Shown here piece after piece: positions 16,604 to 25,168 of a stretch of 56,829 nt of DNA. The translations under genes and the position numbers were made by a program. Positions within the stretch are counted from its first letter, which is position 1. Each line of letters opens with the position of its first letter. The notes under the pieces are model-generated. The model was not told the origin of the DNA, did no database searches, and saw nothing but the letters and a program-made list of their open reading frames with translations. This DNA comes from a virus (lineage: Duplodnaviria > Caudoviricetes), in the IMG/VR virus record IMGVR_UViG_3300032163_000017, positions 1 to 56,829 of that record; one strand, given 5' to 3'.

Positions 16604-16761
16604 CCAGTTGCTACCGATTTCTCTTTATGGAGTGGGAATGTTGTGGGCTGATTTGGCAACTCCAAATATGGAGGAAACAGTTAGCAAGAGCTGATTGGGT
16701 TCCAGAGTGTCCTCTCTGTGGGAAGAGAGGGGAAAGTTTCAATCAACTTTATAGGAGGTGA
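16600..16761 (+). CDS. Small Cys-rich protein (53 aa)
   Basis: MTSCYRF...ECCG...ECPLCG; ATGA-coupled. Confidence 0.55.
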   Translation: MTSCYRFLFMEWECCGLIWQLQIWRKQLARADWVPECPLCGKRGESFNQLYRR

Positions 16762-16964
16762 TTTCTATGCCAATGACTCATCCAGATGACGTTAAAGGTT
16801 TCTACTGTGCAATTTGTGGAAAGTGGGCATCACATTTTGATCCTATAACAGATACCCCTGTTTGTTGTCAGTGTCATGGAGGAGAGATTTGGTCAGAAGA
16901 GGATACAAGAAGGTGGCAGGAGGAAGGTATCCTCCCAACTGAAGGAGAGAAAGATGGAAGATAA
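16758..16964 (+). CDS. Small Zn-finger protein
   Basis: CAICG...CCQC. Confidence 0.7.
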   Translation: MISMPMTHPDDVKGFYCAICGKWASHFDPITDTPVCCQCHGGEIWSEEDTRRWQEEGILPTEGEKDGR

Positions 16965-17598
16965 AAACTTAGAAGAACGTAAACAAACTCTTACAGAAAG
17001 GTTAAAAGCGCGATCAGCCAATCTTGAAAGAAGGAAGTTAGAGGAGATTGCAATCATCCTTATTGATGCATCAGGCTCGATGTCAGAGCATTGTAAGGAT
17101 GGCAGGACAAAGATGCAAGCTGTCAAAGATTCTGTCCCATATCTCCAAGCAAGAGGGAGTTATGTTGAGTATGGGATGGTCAGCTTTGATACCACTGCTC
17201 AATCCATCCAGCACCCCACCACTAACTTTTCAGCCATCCTCATTCAACTTGATGTTATTTCACCTGGAGATATGACAAATATCCCAGGAGCTCTCCGAGA
17301 AGGGTTAAAGATGTTCATTGAGAGACAGGTTGAAAAGAAGAGGATGATCTTACTATCAGATGGGGGGAATAACTGTGAGGGGAGTATGATGGATCAACGA
17401 GTATCTGATTGTGTCAGAGAAAAGGTTATTGTTGATACAATTGCTTTTGGAGAAAGTGCAGATGTCAACCTTCTCCAATCGATTGCAGCAAGGACAGGAG
17501 GGGTGTTTCAGAAGGTTGAGTCTGCTCTTCAACTGGAGGAGGCTTATGCTAAACTGAATTTTCAAATTAGGTATCTTGAAAATAAGAATGGAGGATAA
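16954..17598 (+). CDS. von Willebrand factor A (vWA) domain protein
   Basis: MIDAS LIDASGSM, T in DMTNI, LLSDG, IAARTGG. Confidence 0.9.
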   Translation: MEDKNLEERKQTLTERLKARSANLERRKLEEIAIILIDASGSMSEHCKDGRTKMQAVKDSVPYLQARGSYVEYGMVSFDTTAQSIQHPTTNFSAILIQLDVISPGDMTNIPGALREGLKMFIERQVEKKRMILLSDGGNNCEGSMMDQRVSDCVREKVIVDTIAFGESADVNLLQSIAARTGGVFQKVESALQLEEAYAKLNFQIRYLENKNGG

Positions 17599-17599
17599 A

Positions 17600-17779
17600 A
17601 TGAAAGATTTAATTATAGGCATAATAATTGGTATCATAACTGCAGCACTTTGCTTTTCTCTTATCCTCCAACAAAATCAAATTGTTGCCTTAAAACTTAA
17701 ACAAGAATCTATTTGTAAAGATATTGACAGCATTGTTCAAAAGGTAGGCCCATTATCTGATAGAATAAAAAAGAAGTAA
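17600..17779 (+). CDS. Small membrane protein
   Basis: N-terminal TM helix plus coiled coil; RBS GGAGG. Confidence 0.65.
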   Translation: MKDLIIGIIIGIITAALCFSLILQQNQIVALKLKQESICKDIDSIVQKVGPLSDRIKKK

Positions 17780-17784
17780 GAAGG

Positions 17785-17985
17785 ATGGGAATGAAAAAAC
17801 TTAATCCTTACCTTCAGAAAAAGCTGAAAGAACAGATGCTCCATCCAATGATGAAATGTGAGATGTATCAAGCTTACTGTCGGTTTGCGATTCCAGCTTA
17901 CTGTTTGGTAGAGCATAACCAGTTTGCCTGTGAGTTTGCCTCATCGAGGAGGGAGGAGGTAGCTACTTATGCAAGAAAAAAGTAA
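17785..17985 (+). CDS. Hypothetical Cys-rich protein
   Basis: Operonic, four spaced Cys. Confidence 0.6.
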   Translation: MGMKKLNPYLQKKLKEQMLHPMMKCEMYQAYCRFAIPAYCLVEHNQFACEFASSRREEVATYARKK

Positions 17986-18205
17986 AAATTTTTGTTGTCT
18001 GTGTGGTAAGACAAAAGAGGAACCTCTCACCAAATTAGCAGTAACAACAATTAAAGAATTTGGGAAGGTTGTTTTGGTGGATTGCTGTAAACAATGTGGG
18101 GTTGTTCTTCATAATGTCAGGAGAATCTATACAGAGAAAAGAGATAGATGTATAAAAGAGCAGAGAAAAGCACAACAGAGTTTAATCAAAGTGGTTAGCA
18201 GATAA
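17969..18205 (+). CDS. Zn-finger protein
   Basis: CCLCG...CCKQC; RBS GGAGG. Confidence 0.7.
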   Translation: MQEKSKNFCCLCGKTKEEPLTKLAVTTIKEFGKVVLVDCCKQCGVVLHNVRRIYTEKRDRCIKEQRKAQQSLIKVVSR

Positions 18206-18221
18206 AGAGGGAGGTGAAATA

Positions 18222-18407
18222 ATGCCAAAAGTGTTGAGGGTTGGGATAACAGATGAAGAATGGGAGGAGTTGAAACCACTTCTGACTCGTTATGGAGAAC
18301 TTAGTTTTATCATGCGAAGAGCAATCAGAGCTTACATCAAAGATAAGAGGGAGAAGGAGGATGTCAGAGGTGATAGTGGTAAAGGGAGAGGGATCAAACA
18401 GACCTAA
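18222..18407 (+). CDS. Ribbon-helix-helix transcriptional regulator
   Basis: KVLRVGITDEEWEEL...LSFIMRRAIRAYI RHH pattern; RBS GGAGGTGA. Confidence 0.7.
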   Translation: MPKVLRVGITDEEWEELKPLLTRYGELSFIMRRAIRAYIKDKREKEDVRGDSGKGRGIKQT

Positions 18408-20691
18408 GCTCATAGCCATCGGGGAAGCTTTGGGAGAAGAAGAAGAGAGAGAAGGTCGCCCTTTTGTTGGAGCATCAGGAAAGGTTCAAGATAGCATCCT
18501 TATGTCTGCAGGGTTACAAAGGGGAGACTGTTTTCTTGATAATGTTGTCCCAATCCGCCCTCCTTTAAATAAGATTGAAAGGCTGACTGAGTTAGGGGTG
18601 ACAGTGGAAAGTTTCATCCCCAACCTCTCTGAAGCAATTAACAAGATTGATTGTCCCGTTATCATTGCTTATGGTGATACAGCTATGTATCATCTAACAG
18701 GGAAGGGGGATCTCACCAAGAAGGGGGAGATTTCAGGGATATCTAAACATAGAGGAAGTGTTTATCCCTGCGTGTTAGATGAAAGGAAGATGGTCATCCC
18801 AACCTTCCATCCCCGCTTCGTTATCGAGAATTGGAAGATGAGAGGGGTGGTGGTGGAAGATGTTAAGAAAGCTTTAAGGATAGGAAAGGAGGGTTACCAT
18901 GAACCACTCTTTAACACTATTATTAAACCAGCTCTTTATGAAGTTGAAGAAGCGATCAAAGAGTTATCACGATGTAATATGTTCTCCTTCGACATCGAGG
19001 TGGTTGGAAGTGGACAGATTGCTTGTATTGGATTTGGTAGTACTTGTGATAAGACTGGAAAAAGAAAATCTATCTGTATCCCTTTCAAATTTGGATTCCA
19101 TAACTACTGGAATGAGTATGAAGAATGGCACATCTGGGAGATGCTCAGAGAGCTCTTCCAAGGAGACCAACTTAAAATCGGGCAAAACCTAAACTATGAC
19201 CTCTCCAAACTCCTCCCTTTCATTGGAGAGCCCTCCCCACCGTGGTATGATTTGATGATGGCTCACCATCTTCTTGAGGCTGAGCTCCCTCACACCTTAG
19301 CTTTTATGACCTCCCTTGATACATGGCCAGTTGTCAACTATTATAAAGATGACCCAAAAGATGAAGAGAAGAGTTGGAAATATACAACCTCAAGTGAGAA
19401 GCTGTGGGAGTATAATGGAAAGGATGTTGAAGTCCCTTTGATGCTTGAACCTGTTTATACAAAAGAGTTGAAAGAGAGAGGGATGCTCTCCTTCTTTCAA
19501 GGGTTTCAGATGTCAAAGATGAGGGTTCTTTGGAGGGTTCAACAAAGAGGGATGTTACTCGATGAGGAGAAGAGGCAAGAGCTTCTCTTGGTTCAAACAG
19601 ATCAACTTGCTAATAAGCAGAAAGCCCTCAATGAGATTGTTGGCTATCCACTCAACCCAAACGCCTCAAAGCAGATGATCAAATTCCTCTATCAAGATTT
19701 AAAGCTCCCTGTTCAGCGTGACCGAAAGACAAAGAAAGCTACCACTGGTGAGGAAGCTCTCAATAAACTTTATGCCTACCATCCTAATCCCATCTTTAAG
19801 TTAGCTCTGGAGGTCAGAGAAAGTGTGAAGGAGATTGGGACTTACCTCATGGTTAAACCCGATCCAGATGGAAAGGTTAGGGGGAGATATAATGCAGCAG
19901 GAACAACAACTGGTCGCTCTTCTTCAAAGAAAGGATATGAGAAAAGAGGGTTGGACTGGCACAACATTCCAGAAGAAGATCGGCAGATGTTTACCGCTCC
20001 AGAGGGAAGCTCTTTCATCGTGAGAGACCTCTGGCAAGCTGAGATGTTCGTTGTTGCTGTCCTCTCTCAATGTCAATCCTTCCTCTCTAAGTTGATGAAG
20101 GGAGAGAAGGTTCATAAACTGGTGGCAAGTTGGATATTTGGGGTGCCAGAGGATCAAATTGACAACAACAATAAACCAGGAGGACAGTATTACACAGGGA
20201 AGCGGAGCGGTCATGGATTGAATTATGGATTGGGGCCAGTCCTCTTTGCAATCAATCTTAAATGTAGCATTAAAGAGGCAAAGAGGATTAGGGATGCTTA
20301 TTTTAGATATGCGTTTGAGATTGAAAATTGGCATAAGGAGATACAGGAGGAGCTTAAGCAGACTCGTCAGCTTGTCACCCCATTTGGGAGGAAGCGATAT
20401 TTCAGAGGAAGATGGGGGGAGGATTTATTCAGACAGGCTTATGCTTACATCCCCCAATCTCTCGTGGCTGAGTTGAATCATCTTGGAATGATTAAGCTGG
20501 AGTATATGCTGCCAGATGGGGCAGAGATTGTTCAGGAAGGGTATGATGCGTTGGTGGTTGAGTCTCAAGATTGGCAGATTGAAAGGGTGAAAGAGATTGA
20601 AGAGAAAGTTTTTGATAAGGAGATATACTCAACAGGGATGTTTTTTAGGATACCAGGGGAATATATGGTGAACAAGAGATGGATAAAATGA
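18361..20691 (+). CDS. Family A DNA polymerase with N-terminal family-4-like uracil-DNA glycosylase domain (SPO1-type fusion)
   Basis: UDG: IGEALGEEE..GRPFVG.SG, RPP, FHP; exonuclease: FDIE, QNLNYD, YNGKD; polymerase: TTTGRSSS, DLWQAE, KRSGHGLNYG, TPFGRKR, QEGYD. Confidence 0.92.
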   Translation: MSEVIVVKGEGSNRPKLIAIGEALGEEEEREGRPFVGASGKVQDSILMSAGLQRGDCFLDNVVPIRPPLNKIERLTELGVTVESFIPNLSEAINKIDCPVIIAYGDTAMYHLTGKGDLTKKGEISGISKHRGSVYPCVLDERKMVIPTFHPRFVIENWKMRGVVVEDVKKALRIGKEGYHEPLFNTIIKPALYEVEEAIKELSRCNMFSFDIEVVGSGQIACIGFGSTCDKTGKRKSICIPFKFGFHNYWNEYEEWHIWEMLRELFQGDQLKIGQNLNYDLSKLLPFIGEPSPPWYDLMMAHHLLEAELPHTLAFMTSLDTWPVVNYYKDDPKDEEKSWKYTTSSEKLWEYNGKDVEVPLMLEPVYTKELKERGMLSFFQGFQMSKMRVLWRVQQRGMLLDEEKRQELLLVQTDQLANKQKALNEIVGYPLNPNASKQMIKFLYQDLKLPVQRDRKTKKATTGEEALNKLYAYHPNPIFKLALEVRESVKEIGTYLMVKPDPDGKVRGRYNAAGTTTGRSSSKKGYEKRGLDWHNIPEEDRQMFTAPEGSSFIVRDLWQAEMFVVAVLSQCQSFLSKLMKGEKVHKLVASWIFGVPEDQIDNNNKPGGQYYTGKRSGHGLNYGLGPVLFAINLKCSIKEAKRIRDAYFRYAFEIENWHKEIQEELKQTRQLVTPFGRKRYFRGRWGEDLFRQAYAYIPQSLVAELNHLGMIKLEYMLPDGAEIVQEGYDALVVESQDWQIERVKEIEEKVFDKEIYSTGMFFRIPGEYMVNKRWIK

Positions 20692-20704
20692 AAGGAGAGA
20701 GAAA

Positions 20705-21112
20705 ATGAAAAGATTAACTTTAAAAGCCCTAAAACCACAACTTGATCAACTCATCTTAGACATCCAACATCATACACCAAGACTCTTCTCTGTTGAGCAA
20801 CGCCTTGCCTCTCTTGAGAGACTCCTTAGAGGTGGGATTAAAGGTCATGAAGGGCTATTCTTCAGGGTGACTCAGTTAGAGCAACTGATTAAGATGAAGG
20901 ATCATGTTAAGCCTGTCACCAAGAAGCAGATGAATGTGATAAGGAAGATGCCTTGGGAAAGGGTGGATGAAATGAGCTTAACCTGGGAGGAACTTGATGA
21001 GATTCTTAGAAAAGTTTGGTGTCAACCAAAAGTTAAAAATGGACTTATTCCTGTAACTCCTAAAATTATTAGTATGATAAAAAAGGTTATTAAAGAGAAA
21101 GGAGAGAGATGA
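20705..21112 (+). CDS. Hypothetical protein
   Basis: RBS AGGAG, operonic. Confidence 0.7.
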   Translation: MKRLTLKALKPQLDQLILDIQHHTPRLFSVEQRLASLERLLRGGIKGHEGLFFRVTQLEQLIKMKDHVKPVTKKQMNVIRKMPWERVDEMSLTWEELDEILRKVWCQPKVKNGLIPVTPKIISMIKKVIKEKGER

Positions 21113-21354
21113 CCCCAATCAAAAATGGAAGAATCTGCTGGGAGTGTGAGGCAAGGAAACGCTATCTTAACTCTGGGAGGGAGTTGTTTGAGATGCTCTA
21201 CCTTAAGCAAACCCTTTCCACCTATAAGATTGCTGAGATCTTTCATTGCTCATGGTACACTATTGATAAGTGGTTACGTTATTATGGTATCCCTCTGAGA
21301 AAGCGGGGAGGAGCAACCAATCTTGGAAAGAAAATAAAGCGAATCAAACATTGA
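21109..21354 (+). CDS. HTH DNA-binding protein
   Basis: LY....LSTYKIAEIFHCSWYTIDKWLRYYGIPLR. Confidence 0.75.
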   Translation: MTPIKNGRICWECEARKRYLNSGRELFEMLYLKQTLSTYKIAEIFHCSWYTIDKWLRYYGIPLRKRGGATNLGKKIKRIKH

Positions 21355-21381
21355 CGAGGTTTGATCAAAGAAGGAGAAACC

Positions 21382-21564
21382 ATGACAGAAGATGATGCAA
21401 GAGAAAAATGCTGTCCTATTATAAGAGCAAAGTGTTTTGGTTCTGGGTGTATGATGTGGCGAGATCAAGAAGAACCAGAAGGATGGAGAATGGCAAGAAT
21501 GGCACAGATTCCTTTAAAATCAGTCCTTAAATTTGGTTATTGTGGGTTAGGAGGAGAGAGATGA
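21382..21564 (+). CDS. Small Cys-rich protein
   Basis: KCCP...CFGSGCMMW...GYCGL. Confidence 0.7.
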   Translation: MTEDDAREKCCPIIRAKCFGSGCMMWRDQEEPEGWRMARMAQIPLKSVLKFGYCGLGGER

Positions 21565-21764
21565 TCTGCCCAAATTGTCAAGGAATGATTGTCAAAGAAG
21601 AACTTTCCGTTGATGGTTGTCTTATTGATGATATCTATTGTGTCAATTGTGGAGAGCGATTCTATCCTGATGGAGTGGATAGAGGGATGAAACTAAGGGA
21701 GACAGCAATAAACGAATTGTTTAATAATTTCAATAACTTAGCTAAGCGTTACAATGCGTTCTAA
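21561..21764 (+). CDS. Zn-ribbon protein
   Basis: MICPNCQG...YCVNCG. Confidence 0.75.
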   Translation: MICPNCQGMIVKEELSVDGCLIDDIYCVNCGERFYPDGVDRGMKLRETAINELFNNFNNLAKRYNAF

Positions 21765-21868
21765 GCCATTCTCTTGAAAAGTCAATGGCTTAGGCCATAT
21801 TAAGGAAAAAGTCTCGTCTCAAGTCATTCTGAGCGTTAGCTTTAAGTCTATTCTAACATGAGGAAGAG

Positions 21869-23053
21869 ATGCCCAGAGAATGTAAAACAGGTTTCATTAA
21901 CCAATATATAAGTTACACCAGACCACAACAATCTCCCACCCTTTTCCATACATGGACAGCAATCTCAACGATTGCTTCAGCGTTGAGGAGACGGGTATGG
22001 ATTGATTTTGACTACCTTATCATCTACCCCAACCTTTACACCATTCTTGTCTCAGCAAGTGGGATCGGGAATAAATCAACAGCGATTAAGATTGGAACAG
22101 AGGGATTACTCAGAAAAGCTATCTCAGATATAACCATCATGCGTGGTAAGCTGACAATGGGATATCTTGTTGATTGGATGGTACAGGCACAAACAAAGCA
22201 TCCTGACAAGTTTGCAGAAGTTACTGTTCACTGTTCAGAGTTTAAAGTGTTTACAAGAGGGGCTTATGCTGATTCAGGGCTGATTGAGGATTTGACCGAC
22301 ATCTATGACTGTGGAAGGTATGAGTATCGAACAAAGAATCAGGGAGTTTATATCATCGAGAAACCCTGCATCAATATTATTGCAGCCTCCACCCCAGAGT
22401 GGCTTACCACTGGCTCTGCCGCTGACTTCATCGGGGGAGGTTTTTCTTCTCGAATCGTTCCAGTTGCTTTACTTAAAGATGAAAAGGTGATCTCCCGACC
22501 AAGAATGACTCAGGTTGAAAGGGATTTGGAGAGTGCTCTTATTACTGATCTTACCACCATTGGAAAGCTCGCTGGCCCATTCTTAGTGACACTGGATGCA
22601 GAGAAATATTTTGATGATTGGTACAAGGTTAGACAAAAGTATCAAAATCCTGATATGAGGATGTCAGGGTATTATGCAAAGAAACATACTCTTGTTTGGA
22701 AGGTTGCAATGATCTTAAGTGTAAGCATTAATGATGATTTAGTGATTACAGAAGATCATGTTGAATCCGCTTTACAGCTTCTGGGAAAGTTAGAGTTAAA
22801 TATACCGTTTGCGTTTCAGGGGATGGCTTGGGGAGAGCAGGCAAAGTTTCAAGATAAGGTTCTGATGAAAATTCAAGCTTCTGGAGAAATTGCATATTCA
22901 AACCTACTCCAGCATTTCCATTACTGTATGAGTACTTCTGACCTACAACAAATACTCCAGACACTCGCTGATGAAGATAGGATTGAAGCTGAAAAGAAAC
23001 CAACTGGAGGAAGGATAAAAACCGTCTATCGGTGGAAGGAGGTCAAACCATGA
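21869..23053 (+). CDS. DUF3987/YfjI-like P-loop ATPase, probable replicative helicase
   Basis: YPNLYTILVSASGIGNKSTA Walker A, LTDIYD, GGFSSR arginine finger-like motif, C-terminal wHTH-like region. Confidence 0.75.
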   Translation: MPRECKTGFINQYISYTRPQQSPTLFHTWTAISTIASALRRRVWIDFDYLIIYPNLYTILVSASGIGNKSTAIKIGTEGLLRKAISDITIMRGKLTMGYLVDWMVQAQTKHPDKFAEVTVHCSEFKVFTRGAYADSGLIEDLTDIYDCGRYEYRTKNQGVYIIEKPCINIIAASTPEWLTTGSAADFIGGGFSSRIVPVALLKDEKVISRPRMTQVERDLESALITDLTTIGKLAGPFLVTLDAEKYFDDWYKVRQKYQNPDMRMSGYYAKKHTLVWKVAMILSVSINDDLVITEDHVESALQLLGKLELNIPFAFQGMAWGEQAKFQDKVLMKIQASGEIAYSNLLQHFHYCMSTSDLQQILQTLADEDRIEAEKKPTGGRIKTVYRWKEVKP

Positions 23054-23217
23054 AATCTGAATCAGAAAGATTAGTGAAAGGAATAACCCTCTGCCCAAAA
23101 TGTTATGAGGTAGGAAAGCGTTCTCCTCTGATCTTCAACAGTGTTACAAAAATAATTTTCTGTCAGGAACGTAAACATGAGTGGATTCCAGAGGAGTGGT
23201 TGGCTGTCCATACATGA
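23050..23217 (+). CDS. Small Zn-finger protein
   Basis: CPKC...C...H. Confidence 0.65.
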   Translation: MKSESERLVKGITLCPKCYEVGKRSPLIFNSVTKIIFCQERKHEWIPEEWLAVHT

Positions 23218-23338
23218 AAAAAGGAGGTGAAAGGGTGGAAGAAATAAAAAATCTTTTCTTTGGGGTGGTGGCAGGGGGGCTGATTATGTTTATGTGTGTG
23301 GTGGTTATAACAATAATCATCCAAACTTGGAGGGAGAG

Positions 23339-23515
23339 ATGATTAAACTTGAAGATATAACTGAGACTCGGATTGCTTTCTCAGCACCATCTTGTGAGGA
23401 TTACATCTACCTCACCCCAAAAGAGGTGATAGAATCAATTAAAGAATTGAGAAAGGGATTATCCTCCTGGCATGAATTTACAGGGAAATCGGTGGACGAT
23501 CCAGAGTGCCATTAA
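23339..23515 (+). CDS. Hypothetical protein, last gene of the rightward arm
   Basis: RBS GGAGG; converges on the late arm. Confidence 0.55.
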   Translation: MIKLEDITETRIAFSAPSCEDYIYLTPKEVIESIKELRKGLSSWHEFTGKSVDDPECH

Positions 23516-23667
23516 CTCAACTTCCTCTTCCTGGGAATCATCCCATGCTTGACCCCTCTCAGCAAACGAACCTGCCCCTTAGCTTTCTTTAATGAGGTAT
23601 GTTTAGCATGAACTTTTCCAGGACTTGTCACCCTGTAACCATCAACTTTTCTGATTGTTTCGGGCAT
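23512..23667 (-). CDS. Small basic protein
   Basis: MPETIRKVDGYRV...; RBS AGGAGGT. Confidence 0.75.
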   Translation of the reverse strand: MPETIRKVDGYRVTSPGKVHAKHTSLKKAKGQVRLLRGVKHGMIPRKRKLS

Positions 23668-23671
23668 CTTC

Positions 23672-24421
23672 CTACCTCCTTTTAAGGGTTCCTTCTTTCT
23701 CCAGGAATCTAAATACATTCATAAAAGGGTTCTTAGAGGGTGCTCTCTCCAGAACATTAAAGATGAGTTCTTGCTCAGGGCCATAGCTAAATTTAGGGGT
23801 GTAAGGAACTTTTGCCTTTTCAGATATACTCTTTCCTAAATATTCAGCAATCCCTTCCCACATATTCCTTTGTTCTGTTGGGTAGAGTTTCTCAAGTGTC
23901 TTTCCTCTTCTTTGCAGCAATCTTTCAGTAATCTCATGCCCAAACTCATGACTCAATGCTCCAGGGAGAGTATATTCTACCCCAGAAGGAAGCTTCTCCC
24001 AAGGATATGTCCCAATCCGTCTCTCAGCAGCATTCCAATGACCAAGAATATTAGGAGCTGTTTTAAAAAGTGCAGGAGTTGCTCCAACATATAACTCTGA
24101 TACTGTTTGAAGAGCTCTCTTTGGGACTGCTTCAAGTAGTTTTAGTGCTTCTTGAACCTCTTGAAGTTTTGTTGGAGAGAGTCCTTTCATAAGATACTTA
24201 CTAATCTGCTGCTTTGCAAACGGGAGTGAGATAGCCAGCTTAGCTATCTTCCCTTGTGGGGTAGGGATGGGATCAACAAGAGGCTCAGTCACTCCTGGTT
24301 CCTCCCTCCCCCCAATCCCGTAAGGATGCTCCTCAGCCAATTTGGAGAGAAGCTCAATCGTTGTTGGAGGGCGATATCCCTCTGCCATCTTATCTCGTTT
24401 AGTGAATTTTCCTCCTGCCAT
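23672..24421 (-). CDS. Zincin-like metallopeptidase domain protein
   Basis: HEFGH plus downstream EGIAE (gluzincin-type third ligand); RBS GGAGGT. Confidence 0.75.
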   Translation of the reverse strand: MAGGKFTKRDKMAEGYRPPTTIELLSKLAEEHPYGIGGREEPGVTEPLVDPIPTPQGKIAKLAISLPFAKQQISKYLMKGLSPTKLQEVQEALKLLEAVPKRALQTVSELYVGATPALFKTAPNILGHWNAAERRIGTYPWEKLPSGVEYTLPGALSHEFGHEITERLLQRRGKTLEKLYPTEQRNMWEGIAEYLGKSISEKAKVPYTPKFSYGPEQELIFNVLERAPSKNPFMNVFRFLEKEGTLKRR

Positions 24422-24425
24422 CTTC

Positions 24426-24803
24426 CTACCTCTCCTTTTTAAATACATCAGGCCAGAAATAAATTGGTGCTCTTGTCCTCATGTAGGTATCAAAAAGATC
24501 GAAAACTTTTTTGTGTAGATGTGGAGAAAGAGATTTTAAAAACATTGCCTCTTCCATTGGAAATTTTCTTGTCCCACCAAGTTCTTCTGCAATATCTTCA
24601 TACCGCATCTCTTCTGGAAGGTCAAGCCAATTTGTTGGTTTTACACCAGTACGAAGAGCTGTCTCGTAATCATAATCATCAGAGGGGAAAACTCCATATC
24701 TCTCCATAAAAGAAAGAACTTCTCCTGGTAAAACTTGAGGGACTTTTGGGATGTTAGAGGCAATCTCTGATAATGAATCAAAAGTTGATTTCTTTTTTGC
24801 CAT
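24426..24803 (-). CDS. Hypothetical late protein
   Basis: RBS GAGGTGA; DYDY motif. Confidence 0.75.
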   Translation of the reverse strand: MAKKKSTFDSLSEIASNIPKVPQVLPGEVLSFMERYGVFPSDDYDYETALRTGVKPTNWLDLPEEMRYEDIAEELGGTRKFPMEEAMFLKSLSPHLHKKVFDLFDTYMRTRAPIYFWPDVFKKER

Positions 24804-24807
24804 CTTA

Positions 24808-25164
24808 TCACCTCATCTCTCTTCCAGTGATCTCTTTAATCCAATCAAAAGCTGTCTTTTTCTGCTCAGGAGTAACCTTAGTTTTTGGTCTGGTAAATCG
24901 TTCAGCAAGATTATATGCCATTGGGCTCTGTTGATAAGCTTGCTTACCAGTATAGCTCCCAAGAGCATTTCCAAGATTTTGCCAAATGGAGGGGGACTCT
25001 CCACTTATAGTACCAGTAGCAGGGCTTTTGACTTTTGCTCCTATCTCTAACATCTTCTCCTTTAAAGGAGCAAAGAGTCCTCCAAGATTAGAAGCTCCTG
25101 TCTGGCCACCAAACCCTGCCCCAAACCCTGACGCAATTTGTCCAAGAACACTGAAGATGCTCAT
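24808..25164 (-). CDS. Gly-rich amphipathic virion/ejection protein (paralog of 38770-39126)
   Basis: MSIFSVLGQIASGFGAGFGG; shared motifs with the 38770 ORF. Confidence 0.65.
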   Translation of the reverse strand: MSIFSVLGQIASGFGAGFGGQTGASNLGGLFAPLKEKMLEIGAKVKSPATGTISGESPSIWQNLGNALGSYTGKQAYQQSPMAYNLAERFTRPKTKVTPEQKKTAFDWIKEITGREMR

Positions 25165-25168
25165 CTTT

